The notes under the pieces are model-generated. The model was not told the origin of the DNA. It worked only from the letters and a program-made list of their open reading frames with translations, and made no database searches. A stretch of DNA of 64,000 bases from Raillietiella orientalis (Eukaryota): positions 4,898,001 to 4,962,000 of the forward strand of contig JAYWIR010000006.1 in assembly GCA_036172245.1 (NCBI GenBank), read 5' to 3'. Below are positions 27,000 through 39,400 of the stretch, one piece after another. Numbering within the stretch: the first letter of the stretch is position 1; every line of letters starts with the position of its first letter. A program made the translations under genes and the position numbers.

Positions 27000-27560
27000 G
27001 GAGCTCGCAAGTTTCTTGCCAATTCAGGTCCCCGCTCTGCATTGCATAAAGCTTGACATCAGCAGAGGTCTCGTTTGTCGAGATCCCATAGTCCGATTCC
27101 CTGTCTACGGATTTGGTATCACATTCGTTGCTGATTCTATGAATGCCATTGGGGAGAGCCGCCTCCGATGCCGCTGGCGGTTATTTATCCGGGTGTTCGG
27201 TGTTGCATAGGGTACACGTGACTTTTCCGATCACTGTGTATATGCGTGGATTATTCGACACACTTTTTCAGGATTTTATGGACACGGGCTTTCAGCCTCA
27301 AATGTGGTGAACATTCTGGCTGCCAATCTTGAATAAACTACGATGATGCTTTCTAAAGACCGAGTGGTCAGCTCAGTGGGGAGGGGAGGAGGGGGAGGGG
27401 AGGGTGATCTGCGATTTCTTTTGACGGAACTGTTGATTGTCACTGATGGTTATCGTTCAGTTGATATCCATTTACACTGGCTTCCTTTCAGATGTGAGGC
27501 TGCTGTGCAGCAGCGTCCTTATTTGATGTGGCCTTTCTTGGAATGGTGGTGGTGGACGCC
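27000..27560 (+). mobile_element. Decayed L2-like LINE RT
   Basis: CIKLDISRG..YG, GVA*G (GVPQG), YDD, LHWLP. Confidence 0.5.
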
Positions 27561-28561
27561 ACTCGCGGACTAGAAGTGACCCGGAATATTGTTCTGTCGG
27601 AAACTTAAAATAAAGATGGATCCTCTCGCCGGATCAACCAAACTGCTTTCTCTTGTAACTGTTATTACCGGAATGCACCTGAGGATCATTTGCTGGAAAG
27701 CGCTGTTTCAGCGGAATCGCGTTTGTCATGGGCAAAAACAGCAAGAGCTTGTGGTATGACGAACGTGCCTGTTTCAACAGCTGCGACCCGCAAATTATAG
27801 CACTGCTTCGCGAGATTGTTTGCTCTTCTCTTCCAAGGGTCCGAACTATTGCTTGTTGAAGCACGTTGCTGCCAAAGCACGTAACGATTGCAGTCTTTTC
27901 GTCCACATGCGATGGCGACACGGTGGTGAATCTCAAGAGGATGCGCGGAGGCAGTTTCCTCAACCACGCCGGCATGAGCTGCAACAAATTCCTCGCACGG
28001 ATTCTTGCAGCTGAACGCCATGAAAGTCTTCGCAGGCTCTCGTGGGCCCGACCAGTGTCGGAGATGCCGCTGTTGTCTCTGCAGCAGCTGTTGCAGTTTT
28101 TGTCCTGGAGGAAAGCTGGAACCGTCGACTAGGGATGCCTTGTTACGAATATTCGAGTTTTGTCCGAAGTCCAGTAGTTCGAAGCTCATTTACTGATCGC
28201 TTCATCGAATTACCTCGAGTGGAGATAAAGGAGCGTGCAGAACGGACATCTGAATTTTCTCAGGCGTGTTGTCTCGCTCTGCTCTGCAGTGTTGACGCTC
28301 AGTTTTTTTTTGTTTTTTCCATTTTCGCTCACAGAATGAGAACGACGGACTTACCACCTTCTCTGTGGATTGGAATCCACAGAGAAGGTGGTTCGCATCT
28401 CCATGGCTCAATGGACTTAGAAGATTTGTAGAAAAACTGAATGTGCTAGATCGCTTATGATGTTTTCATTTCATTCCGAGACCATTCGCATCTTGCTGTA
28501 TTCTTTTTTTTATTCTATTTTGCATACTGCACAAATAAATGGAAATTTAACAGTGGCACCT

Positions 28562-28860
28562 CTAAACTATCCCATTGGCGCATGCACTTTCCTGCGACGT
28601 GAAGAGGATTCCCCAAAGTTCCCGGTTTCCTAAGAGCGAGTTCCTAGGCGACGCGGATGGCTTTCTGGCTGTCTGATGGATATCTGGTGAACGGGAAGGT
28701 TTAATTCTGGCCGTCTCAATGGCTCCAGCAGAATCCATTTTCAAGATTCTACGCCGAGCCATCAGGGAGTTTTGAAGCCATGAAATGGGTAATTGAAAAG
28801 TTTCGATTCCTTTTGGAAATTTTTTTGAGCGTTTGAAGGAATGGCCTTGTTCAGAAGATG
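28562..28860 (-). mobile_element. LINE RT N-terminal remnant
   Basis: FPKGIETFQLPISWLQNSLMARRRIL resembles IPK....YRPISLL...K..ERI. Confidence 0.4.
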
Positions 28861-29779
28861 CAGCCATCAACTCGGGGAAGAAAAAAAAAAAATAAAATGG
28901 CAGCGCATAATTGTATTTCAGGAATGTTCCGCAGAGAGGGATCCGACACGGACGCGCTGCGTGCAAGAAGATTATTTGTGTACCTAAAAGTGAGTTCCAG
29001 AAAATATACGGCAGCACCCTTTGGAAAATCGGCAAGGATCGTGGAGCAGAAATAATTTTCGAAAGAGCAGAATTATCCATATTCGAGGGGAGAAAAAACA
29101 CGTACACACAACACACACATAAACACACACATTTCAGTCCAGTCTTTTATGGAGTCGCAGTATGGAAAAAAATGGTTATCCTTCAGCCAAATCGTAGCTC
29201 ATGCTGTTGCATAAAATGGCGTTCCACAAAGCCTACTGAACGGGAACTTTCGTGCGTGTTGCTGCAGATCAGAAGAGCGGCAGATTCCTTCGCCGCCGGT
29301 AGCGTTTTGGTTTTTGCAGTCGTGGATTCTTTTAAAGTGTTCTCCAGGCCGCGCTTTGGAGACGCGCCCTTTCCTCCTTCCTAGAATTCGGTCTCATTGC
29401 TGTTTGAGGTTTCCGCGTTCCTTTGCAAAAGTACGATACCTCCTCTTACTCCCGTGTACAGAACGGATTTCGGATTCTCTTTTTCTTTATGTGCAGGGGC
29501 GTTTGCGTGCAACCGGTCCATCAGTCGTTCACTTTATGATCTGCTCTTTCCCTGCACGTGAGCATTTGGCTCATTCTAAAATCGCAGAATGAATAATAGG
29601 TTTAGAAGAGGGACGATTTGGTTGTGGTCGTTCCCGCCGTTTGCTTGTGGTGCAAATTTCGCCCGTCTGCGAGTAATGCGAGAGAGGTCTAGTGTTTCGT
29701 GTTCCGTGTCTCGCGAAGCCATCAAGCAGCACGGGCACGTACGACTCGGATTTGGCTGGCGCCACGGGAAAGCAGCTGT

Positions 29780-30900
29780 TCAGGGAGTTTCGCCCGTTTC
29801 GTTTATGCGCACGCTTTGGATTTTTGGACCGATCTCCACTGGGGACCGCGCGTCCTCAGACGTGGCCCAGCAGCTGTTTCCAGCCACCCTCGTGCAATTC
29901 TCCAAGCTCTCCAGAAGTATTTTTTTCGGAAATGCTGCCTTCTTCGCTGGCCACGAAAAGAATTCGTCTGACGAGGGTGAAGCTGGAACCTTTCCGCTCG
30001 AGAGTCAATGCTATTAGGTTGTGCTCTTCGACAGTTTGTTCGTCTGTCTGCACGTCTCGATGGAGGGCACGGTCCAAGCCTGCCACAATACTTCGGTATG
30101 GCATTGAGGAAAGGAAAGCAGCCGCACTCTGTCTCTGGCTTCTTGACAAGCGTGACGCCTTGACAAACTCTGGAAAATGACGAGGAGTGGAGAGCGAACG
30201 CGCAGGTGTGCTCCTTGACGAGAACGAGGTAGGGGATGACGGCTGCTGGATGCACAAAAAAGGGAAATTTTGTCATCCTTGCCATCATCGTTTGTTAGAC
30301 GAACGAAGACTTGCGTCACCAGCACCGTTGAGCTCCTGCTGCCTTTCCTTTGTATTGAGGACCTCGGAAGGGACGGATTTCACGAGAGCAGATCGGTCCT
30401 TGGTTCGCAAAGAAACCTGTGTTTCTGGGGTGTCATTCTACAGAACGTTGAGAACGCATCCTCATCCATCCAGTTGCTTCCATTTGAGGGCATTTCCCCC
30501 CCCCCCTTCCAGAGAGGCCATAGCCGCCTTGCATCATCATCTGGTGATGGGAAGTCCTGGACTGGTGGAGTCGTTGGCTGTCGTGCTTTAAGGAAAACGG
30601 GCAGATCGTCTGGCGTTGAGACTGACGACAGCGGATCGACATGGGGGCAGCATCAGCGTCCGCCTTGTTTCAGGGACCACCAGCAGAGGTCCTTGGCTTA
30701 CAGATTCACCCGCGCGCACGCGGAGATTCTTCAAGGACCCAGTGAGAAAAGGGAGAAGGAGAGGGACGACGATGAGGAGGAATTTTCTATGGAGGAACAG
30801 CTTTAGGATGCTCTGGCTCTTTGAACAGTTTCTGGGGCCACTTCAGCGGTTGGAGAGGCGAATCCGAGGCTCAGGTACCCCTGTTAGAGCGGATGCGAGA
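29780..30900 (+). mobile_element. Decayed Tx1/L1 RT fragment
   Basis: Frame-shifted motifs FRPVSF (WRPISL), TILRYGIEERKAAALCLWLLD (LRD....LD.KAFD) and PLSS/FLCIEDL (PLSPLLF..IEPL). Confidence 0.55.
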
Positions 30901-32359
30901 GCGAAGAGTTTTTTGTGGAGCTTCTTGCTAGATCACTCACTTTGCTTTCATCGAGTTGCCAGGTACCAAGATGACGGTCCTGCTCGTCCGTCAGCGCACA
31001 AACGCAACCCCTAAACAGGTCTGTGCTGGTTCATCGGGAGTTGAGAACAGCCTGAGGGCGGAACCCGAGGGGTCGAGGAAAAGCAGCTTGAGCTGATCCA
31101 AATCTCCCCCTTTTCAACCTACCAGTCGGTTGTTATGGATACGTGCAGCAGTCTGGAGGGTCGTTTTTCCATGATACACGCTGAATTTCCAGTAAGCCGT
31201 TCGACGACGACGCAGGCAGAGACGGAAAGGTGAAAAGGGAAAATTTGGGTGCTTCGCGGGTTGGGGCTGGAAGTCCCACTTCCTCGTTTTTTCCAAGCTG
31301 GTCATCGGAGGGGTCTCTGCATACGAAGCCGTACGCGAGCCTCTCTTTCGCACGGAGGGGGAGGGAGAAGGGGGGGGGGGATGCGGCGTGTGCTGAGGTG
31401 GACGCGCGCGCTCCGAGGCGGTGATGTCCCGCTACGCCCATCCGCCCAAGGCACCGAAGCGGCGACGCCCGATCTATCCGTTGAGAACTCGATGGCCCTT
31501 GTACTCGCGAAGCGTGAAGAGGCGTCCGCACCTTTTAATTGCCGAGATAACACGCTCCGAACGCGTCCTCCATGGACGGACTCCAAAGCGCAGTCCCCCT
31601 CCCCCCCTTAAAAATGAAAAATAAAAATCGGAAGACCTCAAAAGGACTCTTTGCTGTTCACCTTCCTGACCGCGGTAAGTCACGCGGTAATTGAATGAAG
31701 TCCCATCGCCACCCGTTCCTGCCTTCGCTCATCGGCGCCCGGTACATGCAGAGACGCCTCCCAGCCTGACATTGACGTGGAGAGAGACCATCGGCGGAAG
31801 TGTGCCACTGCCCATCAATTAAAACCTCACCGAAATTGATACAATTTGGCTGGGGTGGGAACACGCAACCTTGCAAGTGATCTTGAGAGCGGAAGAGAGG
31901 CGGCGAAACGCGTGCTCTTCATTTCGCAAGGTGCTGGATGCTGAAATGGATCGATCTGGGGATCCCCAGGATGCCTTCGAAATGACCGTCATGGTCCCGG
32001 CGTCATCGTGACGACGGACGTAAAAAAAAAAAAAAAAAAACCAAAAACAAAACACGAAAAAAAAAAAAAAAAAAAAAAGGGAAAGCGAGAAAGATCGAGA
32101 GCTCCTCCCCTCTCATATTTCATCTCGCGAGCTGCGCTGGACCGAACTGTCGCGAGGGATTTCCTTATCCGGGGGCGCGCCCTGCGCAAGAGGAATCCGA
32201 GAGAAACCATCGCGAAGTGTTGGTGTGGCAACTGTGCGAGGAGAACCGGCTGACTGTGTTCGTCCGTGTTTTCTCACCCTCCTCTCACCCTTGGAGTCCG
32301 AAGAGATCTTTGGCGTCGAGGAAAACGAGACGACGGACGAGCTTTTTCCGTCCATCCTT

Positions 32360-33277
32360 GAGTCAGTCGAGGATCCTCATCGCAGTGGATGGATTTGACG
32401 CTCGCGAAGAACCACTGGGATCAGGGAATGAGGAGCGGGAGGCTGGCGTGTTCTGGTCGGAGGTGCTCCCCCCCCCTCTCGTGCTCCTCGACGCAGCATC
32501 CGGAAGCACGGAGGGGGGCGGTGAAAAAACGTACACCCCGTAGCCGGCCAGCGTGCCCTTCTTCTTCTCGGGAAATCCTCCCTTCCACGCGCGTACACAC
32601 GCCAAGGGTTGCAGCCGTGCCTTCCTTTTGCTTTCTACCTCTTTCGTTCCCCTTAAAGTGGCAGGAGTCGACGCTGCGGCTGCTGCACTGCGACCTCCCG
32701 TGCAACATCCGCCGGCATCACTGGAAACGCGGTGCGTGGACCCAAACTGTGCCAGGTGCGGGGAGCGCGGATCCCTTCTGCACGTCCTAGTGGACTGGGT
32801 TGCCCTCCAGCCCCTCTGGGAGCGCTTTGCCGTGACCCTAGGAAACCCCGGTGGCACCACCAGGGACGCATTGTGACCCCTACTCGTTCGCGGTGCTCTT
32901 TGGCCAGCAGCCTCGCTAGCAACTACTGCTGTCTACGGTCTGGAGTGATACAAGAGGAGAGTGGAGAGATAGGGATGCACTTTGCTACCCAATTCCTGAG
33001 GATGGCAACAAGATGGCCCCACTTGGAACATATGCAGCGTGAACTTGCCAGCATCCTCGAAAAAATCCAGAGGACCGTCCCCAGCAAAATGTGATCCCTC
33101 CCCGGACCCCACCTACCCCCAAGTTTATTTATTTACTTTTTTCTTTTTGTTTTTTTTTTTCTTTTTGTTTGCCTTCTCCTCTCTGCTGCCGGAGAGAACC
33201 TTACCGGTCTGCGTCCTGGAGACCCGGCAGGTTCCCTTTGAAATGGGCATGGCTGGACCACTAGCCCTGCCAAAAAA
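32360..33277 (+). mobile_element. Second Tx1-like 3' end, same family, with 3'UTR hairpins and short poly(A)
   Basis: DPNCARCGERGSLLHVLVDWVALQPLW...RELASILEKI is homologous to 45576-45931; ends ...CCCTGCCAAAAAA. Confidence 0.78.
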
Positions 33278-33859
33278 GTTGAGAATGTTTATTTGTTTAT
33301 TAATTCTTTGGATGCAAAACTCATCGGATCGAAACGTTCCGTTTTGATCTCACGCGAGTGGCAGGAGCGACCTCTGTGGACGGAGTGCTTCTTCGCGTAC
33401 CGCGTACTCTATCGAGGTACCGACTGACTTTGAAAAGTGCTGATTAAAGTCACCACTGTAATTGTTTATTTACACCACATTGAATAAAATATTTTCATTT
33501 TTCCCACGCATATATTATGTATTTAAAAATTGTAATTATCATTCGAATAAATCAATAACTCATTCACATTTTTAAGACACCACAAAGATGAAAAACAATA
33601 TAATAAATTCAATACAACACCGAGAAAAAAAAAGAATTGCAAGCCGACATAAAAGGAATTTCGTTTACTGTCGTTGCCAAGGGAATTATAAGAAGGTGAG
33701 CTTATGGTCCGTCTCACACATTGTTGGTGCTAACTTTTGTCGCGAGTACAAGGTAAAAACAAGGCTTATGGTTTGCCAGTTGTATGGATGCGCCCAAAGC
33801 CCTCAAAGAGTTACATCAATGCCCCGGCGCACCCGGGTGACAACTCTGCCTACGCCGTG

Positions 33860-34330
33860 AAGGTGGCCCCGGTTCGGGAGAAAACGGCTGGGAGCAGGAG
33901 CGTGCCCGGGGCAACTGGCTCCACCAGCTCGTGTTGGGGTGGTCGTTTCCGTGACGTCGGAAGGTGCCAGAAGGCAGGGGGCGGTGCAAGGAAAAGCACC
34001 CGAAAGGGACGTCGGGAACTCGCGGGACAAAGACCGAGAGGGAACCCTCCTGGGGAAGCGTCGTCTTCCCCGCCGCCCGCCTTTCTCGTCCGGGACGGCG
34101 CCGCCCTTGTTCCGCCCTCACCCTCCGTCCGTCCTGTTCTGGGAAAATCCGCGCAAGGAAAGAGGAGGTGATCCCGACCCGGACATCTCCCGGGGAATCC
34201 GTCGATCCCTAGGAAAGCGCGTAGTAGATCAGCAGATCCGCGACCGCCTCGTGGCGCTTCGGATGGGAAGCGGACGAGTAAAGGGAAGAAGGGGCACGCT
34301 GTTGGAGTCCATCCCTCATTCACCCGACCT
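33860..34330 (-). mobile_element. Gypsy-type LTR retrotransposon RT/RNase H fragment
   Basis: LLRAFLGIDGF (LRxFLGLxGYY), RPFRVLF (KPFxLxxDAS), EPVAPGTLLLPA (PVAxxSRxLxPA). Confidence 0.55.
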
Positions 34331-34399
34331 GAGACCGACCCCCGCGCCCTCCCGCTCCGCTCTTGCTTTCCGCTCTGCAGAACTGAAAGTCTCTCAAAA

Positions 34400-35640
34400 A
34401 ACTACTACAAAAAAAATTCCTTCCCTCTCCTTCTTCCCTCCTTTCCCTTCTTCTTCCCCCCCCCCCCTTCCCAAAGTGCTCTTTTGCAATGGGTTTCCTC
34501 ATCGTCAGAATCCGCAGCCGCTCTCGAGCACGGACGGTTCCTCAAGAACTCTCTTCGGACCCACTCGACTGGTGGCGGGCGGGCAGCATCTGGGCTCCAG
34601 ATCGGACACTCCAGGGGGAAGAGAAAGTAAGGGAAGGGGCAAAAGGGAAAAGAAAAAAAAAGTATTTGTTTACTTCGGCCCTCTTGACCTGTGCGATGCC
34701 TTCCTCTCCCTCCCCCCCTCCCTGGCAGCACATGAAGAGGTCAGTCTTCGAGACTGAGGCTGCGCCTGCGTCCCCAGAGAAGTCGCGTCGCACTGCGCTT
34801 CTCCCTGCGTCCGTCCGCTCTTCTCCCCCGCGTGCGCAGCTGCGGATCCGGGAGCGCGGCAAAGGTGACCCGAGGGAGAGCTCAGAGCGACTCCGTCCGT
34901 CCGTCCCTCCTCGCACGCTCCTCCCCCTTCCTCTCCTGCCCGCGCCACCCTTCGGTCATCCTCGGGGGACTCCCAGGGAGGAAGAAATGCATCGGGGGCA
35001 TCAGGGGGCGGGTGGGGCTGTGAAACAAGATGTCGCCCTCGCCTTCCACCTCCGTCTGCCGGCGTGAGTCTTCCTCGAGGACCTCCCTCGGAACCCAAGT
35101 GGCACACTTCCCCGGAGGAGCGGTCGCCGCTCCTCCGGGGAAACAGGGTAGCAGCAGCGAGAAGGGGGGCTGTCGGGCTCTCTCGAGTGAGCAGGCGGAG
35201 GTTCACGCAGCCAGCGGGTGGTGCGGGCCGTTGCGCGCAACTGACACCGACCTTCTGCGGGGGATGGGGGGAGGGGGGAGCTGATGAGCTTGCGTTCTCG
35301 CGAGCGACGGGCGTCCGAAGGCAGCGCGGCCTTCTTCCCCACCGCTCCTCCTCCTTCCCAGCGATTATGCCAGATGAAGGAAGGGCGCGTGCGAATCAGT
35401 CGGGGGGCGACCCCGTAGGGACCACCCTGATGAATCCAGGAATGCTCCATGGCAAGGGATCTGTCCCTTTTCGCTCTCGAGAGGGAATCCTCGCTCTGGT
35501 TGTCTCCGGAGAAAACCTTCCGAATTGTGAGGATTCGCTCCCAGTTTCCCCCTCTCAAGAGAACCCTGAAGGGAGCAGCGCGCCACCCACGCTCTGGAGA
35601 GGCGATCCCCCGTATTTCATAAGGAGAAACTCCATGAGTG
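34400..35640 (-). mobile_element. Decayed Tx1-like ORF2 C-terminal part
   Basis: NWERILT...SLSRAK...PRLIRTRPSFIWHNRWE..V.KKAALP resembles the post-RT region of Tx1 elements. Confidence 0.45.
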
Positions 35641-35689
35641 GGGGGGGGGGCGGATCCATTCGTACGGCTGGAGTGGAGAATCTCAAAGA

Positions 35690-35945
35690 GCTCCTTGGTT
35701 CCTGGAGGGACCCCGGAGGGTCAACTTCCAATCCTAGCCGGTCAATGGGGTCGTTCAGGATCTTCCACCAGTGCCGCCGCATCCGAAGCCAACCGAGGGG
35801 CCAACCAGCGTCACCGTCCGTATTGCGAAGGGAGAGAATCCAAAATCCACGACGCCCCCCCCCCCCCAACACTCCGATTCCTAGGAGTCAGCCGTTCCCC
35901 TCCCCCGGGCGCGATTCGAACTCGCGACGCCTGTGCGTACCCGGG
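35690..35945 (-). mobile_element. tRNA-derived SINE, copy A
   Basis: B-box GAGTTCGAATC on the minus strand followed by a body shared with 40345-40600 (CTTCCACCAGTGCCGCCGCA.CCGAAGCCA...CAACCAGCGTCACC on +). Confidence 0.65.
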
Positions 35946-36035
35946 AGCGGCGGGGGAGCAGCGATGCCAGCATGTGCTGGGACCCCGCTTTGGACTATGG
36001 GAGGTCGAGCCCCTCGCTCAGCCTGAGGCGGCCAA

Positions 36036-37180
36036 GTGGAGGACCGGACCCCTCTCGACCAGGTGGGAGTCGTCCGGACGGAACGAACCCGACCAACAAC
36101 GATCGGCCTGCGGCTGGGGGATCCGGCCACGAGGGACCAACCCTTTTGGGTAGCCGCCGCCTTCGGCCCCGACCCTCAGCTTCCGGCGAGATCAAGGCAG
36201 GAAACCTGGGAGGAGGAAGAAGGAAAAGAGGGCTTCCGATCCAGGGGCATTATTCCTCCCTGGATCTCCTCCACAGGATGACGGACCCCGTATCCTGACG
36301 AGCGGGGAGTCGGGAACTGCAGAGCGTTCTCCCGGGGGCCTGGAAGGGGAGGGATCGGACGGAGGGCGTGCCTAGAAGAGTCGATCCGAGGACTTCTCTT
36401 CCGGCGGCCGGGAACGAGGCGCGCGCGGGGTCTCCTGCGCGATTCCTCCCCGAAAGCGGCGATGCGTCGCAAACAGGGCAAGCAGCCACCTTCCTTTCCC
36501 CACCCAGCTTTTCACCGCGACAGGGTACGGAGAGAAGAGATCCTTCGCCCTCTGGACGGCGGCCGCGGCGAAGGAGCGCCCGAGGCGCTCGAGCCGATCG
36601 GCGCCTTCGGCAGAGGACCAAGCGGGGCCAGGGTGGTGCGAGAGTCGCAAGGACGCGTGGGCGGCATCTGATCGCTCCTGGGCGCTGGGGGGGGTCGTTC
36701 CGCGCGCGCTTTTTGAACCGCATCTCTGGGAGCGGGGAGCTCCGAAAACGCCTCAGGGTGCTGGAGCAGGGAGAGGCCTTCCGTGTGATGATGGACAGGC
36801 TGGGGGATCCGAGCACGGTCGTGACAGCGGCATCTGACGTCCGCAAGGTCGTAGAAAGAATCCCTCTCTTTCCGGACACACTGCTCCGATAGGCTCGGCG
36901 CGCGCACGGACGCATTTTCATGGGAACTCGTCTTGGCCGGGGCAAGGACGAACGCCGACTCCACAAGGCTGAAGATGCTAGCGAGAGTCCGTCCGCCTGT
37001 CCACCTGCGTTCCGATTCTGGACGGCGTCCTTCTCTCACCCTCTTCCCTTCCGTCCGGCCCGCGTCCTCCGAAAGATTCCCCCAGATGGCGGAGGGCGTG
37101 CTCTGCCCTTTCCCTGTCGTGCGCCGACGAAACGTCGACCAGGCGGTTGAGGAAGGGGAGGACGTCACGGCGACGGAGGA
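36036..37180 (+). mobile_element. Decayed Tx1-like endonuclease to RT start
   Basis: FWVAAAFGP (NVYAP), LEQGE...VVTAASDVRKVVER linker and PQMAEGVLCPFP...NVD (SMREG..LLPK...NVDYK). Confidence 0.5.
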
Positions 37181-37481
37181 TGAAGGAAAGGAAAGGAGAA
37201 GGAAGAACGGAGCAAGGAAAGAAAATAAGAAGAAGAAGAGAGGAAAGGCTAAGAGGAAGAGGAGAGAAAGAAGAGAGGAAAGGAGGAAGAAAAAGGGAAG
37301 AAGGGAGTAGGAGGAAGGAAAGAAGAAGAAGAGAAAGGGAGGAAGAGGAGGGGAAGAGAAGGAAGAAAGGAAGAAGAAGAGGGAGGGAGGAAGAGAGGAA
37401 GGGAAGAAGTGAGGAATTGACGAAGAAAAAGGGATGAGGAGGAAGGGAGAAGAGGAAGAGAAAAAGGAGGAAGAAGGGGAG
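37181..37481 (+). repeat. Polypurine (GAA/GAG/GGA) low-complexity tract
   Basis: About 300 nt almost exclusively A/G. Confidence 0.95.
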
Positions 37482-38219
37482 GCATGATAGAGGCGAGAGC
37501 GAGAACCAACTTGCCCACGGTCCGCTGCGGGTCACTGAGGCGTAGCTCAGATGAGTAGCTCGAGGCACTGAGCGTTCCCACGAGAGCGGTCTCCTCCAAG
37601 GAAGCTGTGGAGGTCTCCCGGGCTGCGAGCGCACCAGGAGGTTGCCGACCAGGGGAGAGATGCCTGTTGGGGTCTTTAGGAGGTTTTGCAGCCTCCACGC
37701 CGCAGCCAATTTGGCGCTGGCCCACGCGCTCCTCGTCCCCCGCCGCAGCAACCCAAGGGAAGAGGCTTGCCGGAGACGATCTATGGGAAGGCGCGCTGCG
37801 AGCGAAGGGCGCGCACGCGCATGTTCCGCCCCGGGGACTTTCAAGGCCGGAGACGGCGCGGTCCGCCGCGGGCTCTTCGGCTCGCGTCTGGCCGTTGGTC
37901 TTGTCGCCGAGACGCAGGAGCTTCGGAAGAGGAGCCGGCAAGCGGGCAGCCTCCCTGTCTCCCCTTCAGCCCGTCTTTCCGGTCCGTCTCTGTGGCAACT
38001 GAAGCGGAGGCGGCTCGTTACCTTGCCGTTCTCGAGCAGGGTGGGGCGGATCGTCGGAGCGTCTTCCCCCCCTCCTTCCCCCCTTATCACTCCTGGCTCC
38101 GGCCGGGATCACATGTCTCGAAGAACGGCTCTCCCGCAGCCTCCTGGCGCCGTGGAGGCAAACGCTGGGCTTGCATCCCGTGAGATGTCCTTCTGCCGCC
38201 GTCTTTAAGCACAGGTGGT

Positions 38220-39400
38220 CCCGTTCCGCAGTTCCTCGACGGGTTGCTCCTCGAGTCAGCCGCCTCGGCGATGCTAAAAAAAATAAAAAATATAAAAAAA
38301 ACAAAGACGGAAGTCTTGCAGAAGGCCGGCTGCAAAGAAGACTGGGAGTGGCAGAGTTTTCCGGAAGACCTCGGGAGCACTTTCGGAGGCGCCCGGAAGT
38401 CGAACGCAGGAGCATCTTGAGATGATTCCGGAAGCTGCGCAGCTGCCGAAAACATTTAGATGTTCCTCCTCAAGGTCAAGCGGAAGGCGGCTCGTCCGGA
38501 GGTCCGAGCTGAGAAGGAAAGGAAACAGGTACTCTCTCCCTTGTCGAAAATGGAGAACGGGAGTTGGGAACACGCAGCAGGGCTTGCGCTGGCCTAAAGA
38601 AGGGAAGGGCTTGTCCTCGACCTTGTAGGAATCACAGGGTAACGACCGAGTCGAGCAAGGAAGCTGTGCTTCTTCTTCCGCATCATCGTCTCCTTGCTAA
38701 GCAAGCCCGAAGACACGCTCACAAGGACAGGCGGCGCTTTCCCCTTCGAGGGAAGAGATGCCTAGGAATCGAGACGCTTTCTCCCGAGGATGCTGCGAAA
38801 GCACAAGTTGTGTAGACGTTGAGACGTGCCGCGCATCCCAACGATCCATGCCTCTCCGAACAGCAAGCGGCCGATCTCGCAGGTCGTGGAGGATAGGAGG
38901 GAGGACAAGGAAAGAGGAGGAGGAGGAGAAAGAGGAGGAAGGGAGGAAGGGGAAGAGAAGAGGAGGAGGAAGAAGAATAAGAGAGGGGGAGGAAAGGAGA
39001 AAGGAAAGGGAAGGAAAAGAGGAAGAGGAAGGGAATAAAAGGAGGAAGGAGAAGGGAAGAGGAGTAGGAGGAAAGGAAAGAGGAGAAGGAAGATAAAGGG
39101 AGGAGGAGGAAGAAGAGAAGAGGAGGAAAGCAAGCTGAAGTAGAAGAGGAAGGGAAGCGGAGATGGAAGAGGAGGAAGAGGAAGGAAGAAGGAAGACAGG
39201 ACTTTTTCGTCCCGCAAAGAGTTCACTCTTTGAGGGCCAGAAGAGTCCACAGCAGCTTCGGACAGACTGGAGCAGTCTAGTCGGAAAGGTGTGGGGTCTA
39301 CCCGCCTCTTGGAGACCGACGGCCTTTCACCCGGGGGCTCCGGGGCGCTCAAGAACTGTTAAGAAGGAACAAGCGAGTAGAAAATGCTGTTCCCGAAGCA
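38220..39400 (+). mobile_element. Decayed RTE-clade LINE C-terminal RT region, split by a polypurine tract
   Basis: KTEVLQ, FPEDLGS (FPYLGS) and WxDR before the tract; QQLRTDW (QLRW) after it. Confidence 0.5.
38895..39196 (+). repeat. Polypurine low-complexity tract
   Basis: About 300 nt almost exclusively A/G. Confidence 0.95.
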
